This document shows, in pieces, positions 38,751 through 51,413 of a stretch of 64,000 nt of DNA. The position numbers and the translations under genes are program-made. The stretch comes from Cenococcum geophilum. Its lineage: Eukaryota. The notes below the pieces were generated by a model that saw nothing but the letters and a program-made list of their open reading frames with translations, searched no databases and was not told the DNA's origin. How positions within the stretch are numbered: position 1 is the stretch's first letter; each line of letters starts with the position of its first letter. Where the stretch lies: the NCBI GenBank assembly GCA_050273025.1, contig CP158635.1, positions 5,084,001 through 5,148,000 on the forward strand. The letters are read 5' to 3'.

Positions 38751-41083
38751 CCCTAGCTACTCTTACTACCTTTTTTTAGCTTAAGGAGGCTGGTTTCCTA
38801 AGGCGCTATAGGAGTTCTAGAGGAGTCCTATATGAGTTACATAGGAGTCCCAGAGGAGTCACAGAGGAGTCCTAGAAGATTCCTAGAGGATTGCTAAGAG
38901 ATTGCCATTAAGGGGCATAATATTCTATAAAGGTGGTTAGAGGGAATTAGGCTATAACTTAGCCTTGCAGCCGCCTTGTTATCTTGCTACCCTATCGCGC
39001 TATTACCTTATCGCCTTGTTGCCTTTTTGCCCTTTTTTACTTTGGTTAATCTCTTTATTAGTAGGATACCCCTGCTTTTTAAAATAATGTATAAACTTCC
39101 TATTATAGTATTTATTAGCGCTAAGTTTATTTGTTTACTTATTCTTAGTTAAGTAGTGCTTTTATAGCTTTGTTTATTAACTACCTTACGGCATTCTTTT
39201 TGCTTTTAAATAATTTTTTACTTCCTCCCTCTCTAAACTATTTTTGGAGTCTCCCTTTATTACTAGCTTAAAAACATCTCTTCTATTTTAGCTAAGTTGT
39301 TATATATATTATTAGAGCTGTCCTAGTATACTAGACTAGCTATTAAGGTTTATACGTGCAGCCTCTTAAAGTAAATTACTAACTAAAAATTAGGCTTTAT
39401 TCTTATGGAGATTCTATATAAATATTTTAAAAACTATTTTTAATAAGGATTTCCCAGTCGTTACCGGTATTACTATACTTGCCTTTTTACTCCTAATTTC
39501 CGGCTTTGTATTAGTATTCTTCCCACAACACTAGATAATAGGGCGTTCGTTAGCTTTCTTAGATAGTCTCTTAGTAAATATATTATTAGGTGTAACTCTT
39601 ACTGCTTCTACCTAGATAGTAAGAAAATATAGAAGGTTAAAAGTGTTATAGCTCTTATGCGCTACGGTTATTCTTATACTATATTCTAGCATTTACTTTA
39701 TATTTATTAATATACATCTATTCCTTTCGGTAAGCTACTATAGTAACACTCTAGTGACCTCTACTAACAGGAATAGGGACACTCTCTTATGGAATGTGTT
39801 ATAAATATTACCGTCGTTTTGCTATAAGCTTAGTCGCTTTATATCAAATACCAATAGCACAACGCAATATTTTATGATATACCTATTAGCCTTAGTGACT
39901 CGGAGAAAGCTATACGGAGATATTTAAACCCTAAATACCCTGACCGACCCATCAGCCCTGATAACTTAGAGGAAGCTATAATATTAAACCCTAAATTCTC
40001 CTATACTAAAACTAATCATGGGAGGAATAGGTTAGTTCTTAGTTATCTTAGTTACTTTTTAGGCTAATACTAGCTTAGTAGTTTTAAAATTTACGTTAGC
40101 TGTTTTATTAATATAACCTATAAAGCGCGGAGAGAAGGTAAGACCTTTCTATTTAAGAATTTTAAAGCTATAGATAATCCCCCGCTAGATAAGGGCCTTT
40201 AATCTAAGGTATATAGCCTATAGTAGGATTACGTCTTTCTACCTAAGAAGGTTAAAGCTATAGATAACTTCCTACTGGATAAGGTTTTCCTCGGAGATAA
40301 TTGCTATATACTTCAGTTATGCCTTAAACGCATATATCTTAAGTAAGAGTAGAGAGACTTTATATCCTAAATGCTAGAGCTTGGTGACTTAAGGGGGGAG
40401 GCTATAGAAAAGCTAAGGTTGTGAGAGGTATATATAAGGAACTGTTAAGTTATTTAGGAGGAATTTTCTTTTTAGGTAGTAGCTATATATAGACTTTATT
40501 AAAGCTTAAAGCCTTTTACTACCTTTAAACTTCCTTGGAAAACCCAGCTAAGATATGGCTCCTCCTTTAAAGGTATATAGTATTATCTGAAATTGCCTTA
40601 TATGGCTAAGGTTAAGATACACTCTATTAAAGCCACTGAATGCGTCTCTAGCTCTATGCCTTATTATATAAAACCAGACTATGGTTTTTGTTTATTTTTA
40701 GGAGGGAAGGCCTTATATGGAGTCTCTTATTATTGTATAAAACTTTTATACTAGAAGTATACTAAATTTTTAAGGGCTGGGAGCGGGGATACGCTAGCGC
40801 TCTACGACTTGGCTAATCACTTTTAGTTATGCAACAAAGCCTAATAAGTGACGGTTTAAATATTTGTAGGTTTTATTATAGATGGGTAACTAGGGTAATT
40901 GGGGGAATATATACCTAAGCACGAGCTAGAGTATAGCGCATTTGCTTTACCCCTCTAAAATAGTTAAACTTTTATATTTTAAAGTCTAAGCCGCGATCTA
41001 TAGGGTAAACTACTAATTTAAGAAAGCCCTAAATACTACCCGCTCTCTTACTTATCAATCTAAAATATGCTAGCTCCTGTGTA

Positions 41084-41316
41084 TTAACTAGCACCGGAAC
41101 TAAGCCCCTATATATAGCCCTATACCTTAAGCCTATTACTTAGCTTAGAGTTAGGAGGATATTAGTATAATTTAGTACTTTAGGGCTTACTAGCTTAGCT
41201 ACTAGAACGCCTCTGTGTCTATAATGGCCTACTAATAAATTTTTTTATAGGTAATTGGTGTTTCGTTCTTGCTTTCTAGGTTAATTAGCGCCTTTAATTT
41301 TAGGCCTATATATATT
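41084..41316 (+). repeat. ~230-bp dispersed direct repeat, copy 2
   Basis: Matches 20015-20247. Confidence 0.9.
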
Positions 41317-42429
41317 TTCATTGCCTCTAAATAATTAGGGTTAAACTATATTATAGTTAGCCTTTTACTAACCTTTGCTATATATAACTATATATCCGTA
41401 TTAAGTTGCTAACGCCGCCTTTTAATATATTTGGCGTACTAGGTTTAGACCTATATATACCCTTGTTATTCTAGCAAGATATTAGCCACGTATAATATAC
41501 TTAACCTTTAACCGGTCTTTGATATGTATATAGTATAGCGTATACTATCGTTTTATCGGCTGATATATTAATAGACCACTAAGTCCAGACCTCTAGAGCT
41601 AATATTATTGTTACTTACTATATTATATCTTCCTAGGGAGGTTCCCAATCCTAAGGATACTCTTATAGCCGCTCTTACAACTCTTAAAGCCGCCCCTATA
41701 GCGGTGAGATTTTAAGTTTTTGCCGCTAACTTTAATGAAAGCGTTTGCACGACCGATAGCAATTACTCTATGCTCGTTTATATTGCAATGCCTCTTAGTA
41801 ACTACACCATATTGAGTTTAGAGATCCTTCGTAATACGATTTATAAAGAAGGTGTTAAGTACGCAGTTAGTGCGTATAATATTTCCGGTAAAGCCTATAA
41901 GAAGCTTCCTAATAAACTTGCGGTTTTACGCTACTGTCTAAGTATATATCCTTTAATAATATAATTTTCTGGACTAATTGCAATATAGAGTAAGGGGCGA
42001 AAACTAGAAGAGAAGCCTTTAAATAAGTACTTAAGGAATATATAGCAGAGCAACGGAATAAAGAATGGATTGTATAGATAGCTGGAAAGCTTAGGCTATA
42101 GGGGTAGGTAAGCCGGCTCACTTGCTGCTAAATTGAGGGTGCTATATATTAGAGGCTATGGAAATACTACCATCTAATTATATAAAGGAATGTTTTATAG
42201 GTGCACGGGAATAATTAGAAAATTTCATATAGACTATTAAGGAATGTAGAGTTCTGTAAAACATTTTCATCGTTATATTTTCAAGACGAGGTTTAGAATA
42301 AATAAGACTTAGTATAGCTTAGATAAAGGACCTAGGGTGTATCTACTATAAAGACTAATTTTGTCTGAGAATAGCGTTTAAAATCTAGGGTGAATAATAG
42401 ATTAGTTAGCTAGATACTAGGATTTTTCC

Positions 42430-43300
42430 ACCTCTTTAAAGCCCTTTACTACTTTAACACTTATAGACCTCATCGTAGTGCCACCCCCTGGCTGCAGCTG
42501 TGAAAATCTTATCGGCTAGGGAATTTCGGGCACTATATATCGCGATGAACTTTAAAATAAGGTTATTAAAGCTCTAAATAACGCGAATTCTTGACGCTTT
42601 ATCGAAGTTAAAAAGGAGATTTATAAGAGACTTAGTTAATATAATAGACTCTTACAATACTATAGCAGCGAACTTTTCTAGAAGGATAACCGTATGGCGA
42701 TACGTCTAGAACGCGCTTTAAACGGCTAGCTCTACGGGTTTCTTTAGGATAGAAGCAATAACGTTAATTAAATTTTATAAATACGTTAGATTTTATAGCT
42801 TACGGACGTTTTTAAATATGTTTACTTTAGATATATTATATACGGTGATATTTTGTACTATAATATTCTTTTAGATAAATATTTAAACGTAAAGCTAATT
42901 AACTTCGCTGGTTTATCGATTAATAGGTCTCCTCTTCTTACTTTATACTCCATTTAAGCCTAAGCTTTGTATCTAAGTACGCCTTAAAAGGACGAAATTT
43001 TTGCCTTTAGATCGGCTTGTTATTATATCTTAATATATTATATCGCCTTTTATGAGCTTTCCGATAACGATATAGAAGATCGTTATAAATAAGGAATATT
43101 TCCCAAATTAAAGTCCCTAGGGGCCTTTAGAGTTATTATTGGAGGCTATTAGAACGGCAAATATAACTATATAGATAACGTTATTAAAGAAATGGATAAG
43201 TAAGGTATGTTTATAAAACTAGGAATTTTAACTATCTAAACTTATTCATAGGTTTACGGAATCTATCCCTAGTAACGGCGCCGCGGCATTTCCTCTATAC
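42430..43300 (+). pseudogene. Ser/Thr protein kinase-like, Starship cargo
   Basis: LIG(W)GISGTVY (~42508), VIKAP, EVEKEIYERL, IRLERA.NG.L, HGDIS..NILLD (~42841), KLIDFAGSSIDG (~42892). Confidence 0.85.
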
Positions 43301-44049
43301 TCTTAAGGCTTTCCTTTTAACGTTTACGAAATCTTATCTTTAGCTTAAAAATTTAAAGGCTTCTCTATCTAGATTTATACCTTACCTATTTCTTAGGCGT
43401 TATTGGCGTTAATAAAGGTAAGTTTTATACTTTATAAGTTTATTAGTCTTACTATCCTTCTATATAGTGTAATATACTAACTATCCTTTATTTAGGATAT
43501 GCTAGACAATCTTTAGTTGTTAGTGAGCTCCTAAACTACGCTATACTTTGTGTTATAGGTATTAGGTTAGGACACGCTTACCTACCTTATATAATAGCGC
43601 TAGGGTAGAGTATAATGCGATTTATCTTTAAGGAATATCTTAGTCTCTTTTAGTACTTTTTATATTTAACGGTAATTTTAGTAAATTAGCATATCTTGAG
43701 TATAGAGAAGTTTATAATTTGACGAATTCTTTTAAGTGTGTTAATGGTAAAAGAGAGGATTCGTAATATAAACGAATAGGTACTGTAATGCCTAGTAATA
43801 TAATAGGTCTCACAACTTATAAGGTTCTGTTTTAATTAGATATATATAATATAGATAAGTTAGTAACAAAATTTGGATAAAAACGGCTGTATATAGTAAT
43901 ACCGCGTTAAGAAAATGTATTTAAATAATTGGACCACTAAATGCAAACTCTAGCTTCCTATTTCCGCGGGATTAACTAAAATATAAGAATACGCCCAAGC
44001 TACTAGCCCCGTCCCTTCTATATAGTAACTCTGCCCTTTATTTCCGCAA

Positions 44050-46900
44050 CTTTAGAAAAAGAGTGCACCTATGATGATCTAGCTTTAGCTTGTTAAACGC
44101 GTCTTTAGTAAGACTTAAGGGCATCTTTAAAATTTAAAAGCCCGCTTTTATAAACCTAGGTAGGCTTCTAAGCCACCTTATATTTGCGCCCTAACTTAGT
44201 TATTCTTTCCCCTAGAATATTATTAATCTCCTATTTATTATTTAAGCTCACTTTATTAATTTTATCTTTTTTAGTCTAGGTATAACGCTTTATAGTAGGC
44301 TCTAGGTTTAAAACGTTGCTCTAGTTATTAATAGCGCCACCGCTGTTACTATCCTTATCCTCGTTATAAGTATAATTATTAGCCTTATTATGCGGCGGTT
44401 TAGAGCTATAGAGAAGGGTAGGCTCCTAAAGTGAAGGGCTAGTAGGCTATAGAGTGGATACCGCTTGCTGGTTAACTTATAGGTATTAAGAGTTAAGGTT
44501 AGGTATAGGGGGGCTAGAAGATAAGTCTTCGCGATAGGTGGGTAGCCTTTATTACTTTTAGGGATGTGGATTATTACTACCCTTACTACCCCCGCTACTC
44601 TCTTTAGTAGGGTTATTAGAATTATAATTAGTAACGTCGTCCCGCTTAAGCTTCCGCTTCTTTAGTATAAAGGATAATTTACCTCCCGCATTCCCTTTCT
44701 TGTAATTACCCTCCCTAATAAGCGGATTGTCTATATATTATAGTTATTAGGTTATAGTAATGATATTTTTAATATCTATAACTTACCAATATTATCTATA
44801 TTATTGGCTATTAAGGAGTTTTAGTTAGTCACTATATGGGTCTCTAACTTCTGTATAGCCTAGGGGATAATTATAATATTAATTCCCTTAGCTAGGCTAT
44901 CTATTTTATTAACGTCTTCTATTATAGGTTTAAGATAGTTATATATAGATATACTAAAGAGATCTTCTAGCTTCTCTAAAGAAGGTAACTTCTTATCCTT
45001 ATTATCCTTATTACTGCGGTCATTTCCGCTACCTAATAATTATTAAGCAAGGCTATTATATAGGGGGGAAGTATATACCTAACCTATGAGGTGCTAGTTA
45101 ATCGCCAACTTTATCAGCTTTATTATTAGTATTGCTAGCTCTATCCCCTTCGGCTTTAGGTTCTAAGTCTAGGTCGGCTATATTATCTTCAATAAATATT
45201 AGATTCGCTACTGCCCGTTAGATATGTTTATAGTTATTAGGAAAAGGAGGGGATAATTACTAAATTACCTTAATTACTTTCTCTAGCGTCTTAGCTGTTA
45301 CTTATATTCTTATAAATATCTTTATACTTATTAAAAGCCTTAGGATCTGCGGGTGCCTTATTAAGTAGAATGTTTAAAAAAGGTAATATAGAATAACTTG
45401 CCTAAGTATAATTAGGCTAAATATTTTATAGGATTATCTCTTAGAGGGAAGCAAGGTACTCTCCCCTTTTTCGTCCTTTTTTTAAGTATGTTGCTTATAT
45501 TTGCCTTAGAAGCCGTAATTATATAATGCTAAGAAGCCTTTGGTTTTTTAGGGGGTATAATATAGAAATTAATATTATTAAGTAAAATTTGTGAATTAAA
45601 ACGGAGGGGTTAAAAAGATGCCACTGTTATTACCGCTATTGTTATTAGAATTATTATTGCCTTATACCTTTCTAATAGCCCTAAAGGACGAGTTATGCTA
45701 GGCTTTTAAGTCTACGCTAGTCCCCTCTTTGCCACTAGCTTATATCCGTAGTATCTATACCAAAATAACCCTATTAACTTAATAGCGAATTAAAACGTGT
45801 AATCTACGCTCTATTAGCAATTACTGTTTATAATGTATAAAGGTTTATACGGGCTTAAACTCTATTATAAAATTAACGCCTATTAGGAAACTGTAATTAA
45901 GACCTAACTAACTAAGCTGGTACATTTAGCCTCTAATAGGGGTATTATACTAAGCCTCCTTATTAAGGAGGTTAGTAGTAAAGTGCCTTTACCCTTATTT
46001 CTTAGAGTTAGAGCTAGCGCTAATATGTCCGTTTTTTAACCCAATTATACTAGCAAACTAGATCTTTTATACTAGATCTTTTGCGAAACTATAGTTCCTA
46101 AAATTAGATAAGTAGGGGGCGTGCCGTGATTCTGCTATAAGTATTAAAAGATACTCTAAGTAATAAGGGTATCCTTAAATCTCTCCCCTAGATCCGAGGA
46201 ACTTCCTTAGTCACACTCTATAAAGCCTGTAGCCGCTACTTAACCTCTTAAATATATGCAAAAGCCTTACTTTTATCCTTACCTATAACTGGATGTTACA
46301 AATAACATAAGGGGGCAGATAGCGCGAGTAGATTAGGCGATTACGCCTGTATCTATCTTACTATATCCTTTTAGCTAATACAGCCACCGTATAAAGTCCG
46401 TCTCCGTTAGAAGATTAAATACGCGAATTTTTCTCTAGTATTTGTTAGCTAAGAGTAAGATTATAACACTAGCTCTACTAGAAGCCAGGCTATACTACTA
46501 GATAGGCTATTTACCCCTAAATTCCGCCTTATAAGTCTTAGGTCTATATAAAGGATATTTCCGTATAACCTATACCTCCTTAGCTAAATAGGGGGCTAGA
46601 TTAGACTAAAGCCCGGCGGCTTCTTTAATTGTAATACAATCCTCTAATTATTAGGGAAGAGTAAGGTTTAGGTCTAGGTTAAAAAGGCGCTAAGGAGGGT
46701 AAGGGCTTCTAGCTTCCGGTAGCGCAGCTTTAACTAAGCTAAGTAACTAGCATTAACCTATGGTTTCGCTAAGGACCTACTTTGGCGTCTAGCTTCGCCT
46801 TTATTATAATGCTATAATATAACACTACTTAACGCGTCCCGTAGCTTGTAGCAGCTATAACCTATATAATCCATTACTAGGCGGTTCTTAGTATAGCTAT
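44050..46900 (-). pseudogene. Large hypothetical protein with C-terminal chromodomain-like motif; last Starship gene, facing inward
   Basis: 44105-44240 minus de-RIP: EWEIDDILGERMT..GRKY.VAWKPTWV.ESGL.N.KDALESY. The upstream acidic/low-complexity coding-like sequence was not identified; start uncertain. Confidence 0.6.
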
Positions 46901-48380
46901 TTATATCTATTCTAACAGGGATTAAGTCGCATATTATAGTTATATCTAAGATACTGCTAGAGGTAGAGGTAAAGAAGAGGATGAATGGAAATATTATTCT
47001 GGTGCACTAATCGGTAGGAGATATAGGTAGGAGGAGAGGAGAGAGGAAAGGAAGAAAGGAGGAATATGGTAGGACTAAAGCATACGTTAATACTAGAAGA
47101 GAGTATAAATGTGTCCTATAGAAAGGGCCAAAGAGTTATAGTGCTAGGTAATCGTTAGTATGAAATATACGGAGATTAGGGAAGGGGTAGAGCACCTATA
47201 TAGACGCTAAGGGGATGGAAAATGCCTTATAGCTGACAGCTAGAGTCTAAGGTAGTACGGTAGCGGGAAAGAAAAGAGGAGATGGAGTATAAGGGCAAAA
47301 GTAGCGAGGGAGAAGGCCTTTTATGGTCGAGGTTGAGGTTAGGTCTTGGCCAAACTAGGGTAAAAAAGTGAGCGCGCCTTGCCTATAAAGGAACCTCTAT
47401 TTCCTAATACGTAGTCTTTATTTTATTTTTTACTAATTAAATAAAGTAGTTAACGGAACTATTATAAAGTAAATTAGCGTACGCTTAAATAGTATAAAAA
47501 TGGTATATAAATAAAGAACGAGCTCCCGTATAGGACTTTAAGGAAGGTAATATAGTTTACCTAAATATATAAAACCTAAAGACTTAATAACCTTTAAAGA
47601 AACTAGACTAGAAGTTTACAGGCCTATACTAAATTAAAAAGAAACTAAGCCTATACGCTTATAAGCTTAAACTGCTAACTAAGATAAAAATATATCCGAT
47701 GTTTTATATAAACTTATTATAACCTTTAAAAGGTAAACCTTTAACTTATAAAGTGCCGCCGCTACTTCCTATAATTATTAATAACGGTAATAGTTCTTAC
47801 TTTATTAACTTAATTAATAATATATAATGGAAAATATAATTTAAATAATTTAAACTTCTTATTAAGTGGAAAGGATATAAAATATAAACCTAGGAAACCT
47901 ATAACCAGATTAAGGCCAACGCGCCTTCTTTAGTAAAAGAATTTTATAAGGACTATTCTTTGCGGCCTACTTTAGCTAGATAGATATAATATAAAGGTAA
48001 ATAATTACTACCTAATATAAATACACGAAACATAATAGTAGGGAGCTTAAAATTAAAAAGAACTTAAAATATATTATAACATTTATAATATAATTACGTA
48101 ATATATAAGATATTAAGGAACTTTAACCGCTAGTTAAAGTTATCTAATTAGTTAGATTTACCTTGCTAAGACCTACTATAAAGATATTAGTTCTGCTTAC
48201 CGCCCTAACTAAGCTAATAGTGATTTTTTATGCTGGGCATAGAAAATCCTAATTAGTCTATTTACGATTAGAACCGGTAAAACTCTATACTACTACTTAA
48301 CGCGAAAATATAATACGCAAAAAGTTATAAGTCTTAACTAAAATTAAATTATTTAGACCTTTGGCTAAAAGGGGGGATAC

Positions 48381-48685
48381 TATAATAAGACTAGCCTAGT
48401 TACAGTAGGAATGTCTTAGTGAAATACTTAATAGATAAATTCTAACGCTTTAACCAAATTCTGCTAGCTTAATTGAATTTTACTAAAGTTTATTAAAGAC
48501 CGCGTGTGTATATACGCACGTATTAACCACTAAGCCCCTAACTATTTAATTATATAATTCCCTTATTATTCCCTTCTCTTCTTTACGCAACGTCTTGTTC
48601 TTAGCGAGAGCTATATACCCTTAGATTTAGATAGAATTTATATCGTTCCTTTAAATCTTCCCCGAAGTCTCTCCGCGCCCTTATA
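48381..48685 (+). repeat. 3' LTR of Gypsy B
   Basis: Follows the polypurine tract AAAAGGGGGGA. RIP-form termini TATAA...TTATA. The 3' part matches 3770-3887. Confidence 0.9.
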
Positions 48686-51255
48686 ACGCCTTTATATGCT
48701 TTATATATAATTAGTTAACCTAAAAATAAGTTCCTGCTAGTAATAAGGACTATACCCTTAATAATTAAGGACTCTTAAGGCAAAATAATAAGGTCTAGGT
48801 GCCGAATTATATACTATTATAATAGGAGATCCTTAAGCGGAATTATAATAATCCTATAGGCGGCCACTATGGTTTTAACCGTACTTTTAAGGTAATCGCG
48901 TAGAAGTATACTTGGAATAGCCTTACCTAAGACCTCCGTAAATACCTAGATAATTATAATACCTACTAACACTTTAAATCACGCCGCTATAAACCCTATA
49001 GTAAGCTATAGCCTCTTTAGGTCCCTACCTAAGCCTAGTAGTATTATTTACTTAACTTTATTATAGATTTCCTAAAGTCTAAGACTTCTAATAGTGTATA
49101 GTATAACTCCGTCCTTATCCTTATAGACTATTTTATAAAGCTAGTGCGCTACTATCTAGTATATAAGATAATTAATACTACGCAACTTGCAGAACTCTTA
49201 TTTAGAGTTTTTATATAAATAGGGCCTCTAGATAATATTATCTCTAATAGGGGTAGTATATTTATAAGTGAGTACTAAAGTACTATATGCTACTATCTCC
49301 GCGTTTAACGTAAACTTAGTACTGCATTCTACCTATAGATAGATAGTTAGACGAAGCGTTAAAACTAGGAGCTTAAGGTATACCTATATATATTTACAAA
49401 CTAGGAACAGTCTAATTAGGCCTCCCTACTTAAAGAAGTAGCCTTTACCTATAACTCTAAGGTCTATACTATAATAAAGCGTTCCCCTATTAAGCTTGCC
49501 TATAGCTAGCTACTAAATATTCTAGATAAAGTTCTATATGGCGTCTAAAACGCCTAGTAAGGTAGGGAGGGATCTAAGTTAATAAATGTTAAATTTATAG
49601 AGACGTATCTATAACGCCTACGCCTTATATATAAGACAGCGGCGGCGTTAATAATACACGCCTAATAGCTTTAGGTAAAATACTATAATCGTCACTATCT
49701 AGTTAAGCATTTCGCTATTAGTAAACGAGTCCTGCTCTTTTCTAAGAATATTTACATAAAATGTCCTTATAAAAAGCTTAATAGCAAGTTTATAGGACTA
49801 TTTTAGATTCTAAAGCGTGTAAGGCAGTAAGTATATAAGTTAGAGCTTCTACCTACTATAGTACGGCTCTACCTAGTCTTTTATATATCCTTACTAGAGC
49901 CTTATAGGTTATGCCCTAGGTTTTAACCCCTAGTAGTAAAAGAGCTTAAGGAAGGCAGCTAGGAAGTAGAAGTAATTGTCGCCTACTAGGATTATATTAG
50001 ATAACTACAGTACCTTATTAAATAGCTAGGATAGCTAAATAAGTATAATAAATAGAAATACGAGACAGAACTTAAAAATTATTAATAACTATTAGATAAG
50101 TACTATAAGCGAAATACCCTAGCCTTATAGCTAAAGCGTAGGCAAAAAGTAAGCGCCGCTATTAAAATATAACCTATATTAAAGTGGAGCAGAGGATGTC
50201 CTAAGGGATTAAAGAATAAGTAACGATTACTATAAAAACTGCGGCGTATATATAGGGTAAAGTTTTAATTTATTAATATTCTATATAAGCCACACTCTAA
50301 TGCAACCTAGCGATGCTAGTAACTTATAGGCGAGGCTACGGCATATACTAGCAATAAAGCTTAATTTAAAAAGCACCCTTTCTAGAAACAACTTATACTA
50401 TTTTATGTATATACTATATAGATAACGCGCAAGGCTAAAGCATAGGTTAGCGGCGTATTTAATAGGTATATAGCCTTATTATCCTAAACCTAGCTATATA
50501 TAAGTAACCTATAACCTACCTATAAAGTATATACGGCGCTATACCGGTATAGCGTAAGGCTAAAGTAGGGTTAGTGGCGGATTTAATAGGTATATAGCCT
50601 TACCGTCTATAAATCTGGCTATATATAAATAACCTATAACTAACCCGCGAGGTACTAGCGACGTACCTATATAAGTAAGCTTTTAGAATATTTTTAGTCT
50701 ACTAAATTTAGGTAATAGTATTAAGCTCCACTAGCTCTACCTATTAAATAGACTAATTAGGATTTTCTATACTAGGTATATAAAATCGCTATTAGCTTAG
50801 TTAAATATGGGGAGTCTTAGTAAGGTAAATCTAACTAATTAGATAACTTTAACCGCCGGTTAAAGCTCCTTAATATCTTCGCGCCGCATATATATACTAC
50901 CCATCTCTTTATACGCAAAATTAAAACACTTTTTCCTTTTTAAATTTTTTCCTTATTAAGGTTTTTTATAGGGTTTTATTAGGGCTTAAGTATATAAAGG
51001 ATTAGGGACGACCCTTTTTAAAGGGGGGGGCATTATTAGGTAAAACCTAAGTAGATAGTTATATAGCTGTAAGGTATGGGCGACCCTAGGGCAACCTAGG
51101 GGTGACTCGCCCGTAAGGCACGTGCGCTATACATACTTAGGGAAAACCCTTCCTACCTCGCACACAGACTCCTCCTTTTTCCCTTAAGGATTCGTCTCTA
51201 TCTATACAATATACCCTATTATTCTATTATTAGACTTCTTATCTATATCCTTACT
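48686..51255 (+). mobile_element. Gypsy chromovirus C, 3' part (integrase, chromodomain, 3' UTR, LTR from 51034)
   Basis: H.DP.GGHYG..RT (~48845), FHPQTDGQT.RQNQ (~49327), chromodomain WEVE.I...YLIKW.GW (~49958-50070), polypurine tract 51020-51030. LTR end approximate. Confidence 0.88.
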
Positions 51256-51413
51256 TTATATAAATATAACTATAAGATCTATAAAAAAGAATTGCTGGCT
51301 ATTATTAGATATTTTAAATAATAGTAACCTAAATTAAAAGGTACTAGATTTCTAATTAAGGTTCTTAGCAACTATAAAAAATCTATAGTACTTTATAACT
51401 ATAAAACAGCTAA

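Larger units (their letters stand above)
13577..47428 (+). mobile_element. Starship giant transposon (~33.9 kb), RIP-degenerate, inserted in the integrase region of Gypsy B
   Basis: TTTACT direct repeats at 13571-13576 and 47429-47434; host frame rejoins (NF(T/A)(N/D)(R/Q)MKQLTE). First gene is DUF3435. Offset imperfect TIR: AAAAGAAAATAGAGA at the 5' end versus TCTTTATTTTATTTT at the 3' end. The same 5' end recurs after TTACT at 63637. Confidence 0.92.
3770..48685 (+). mobile_element. Ty3/Gypsy chromovirus B, split into 3770-6430, 11794-13576 and 47435-48685 by nested insertions
   Basis: gag from ~3955 with CFKCGKKGH..RDC knuckle (~4920-4961), protease LMDSGAT (~5225), RT YIDD (~6318), RNase H NYEIYDKELL (~12232), integrase H..GHPG and DGQTE (~12835-13330), chromodomain (~47800-47950), polypurine tract 48367-48377. 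3770-3887 matches 48568-48685. The reading frame rejoins across both internal insertions. Confidence 0.93.

Noticed and set aside
44105..44240. Chromodomain as a fragment of another Gypsy integrase
   Set aside because: No integrase core, polypurine tract or LTR seen nearby; kept as part of a Starship gene.
48105..48300. Hammerhead or hairpin ribozyme, or snRNA, identity for the shared 3' UTR element
   Set aside because: Could not recover CUGANGA/GAAA, hairpin loop A/B or U-snRNA motifs even after reverting RIP changes.
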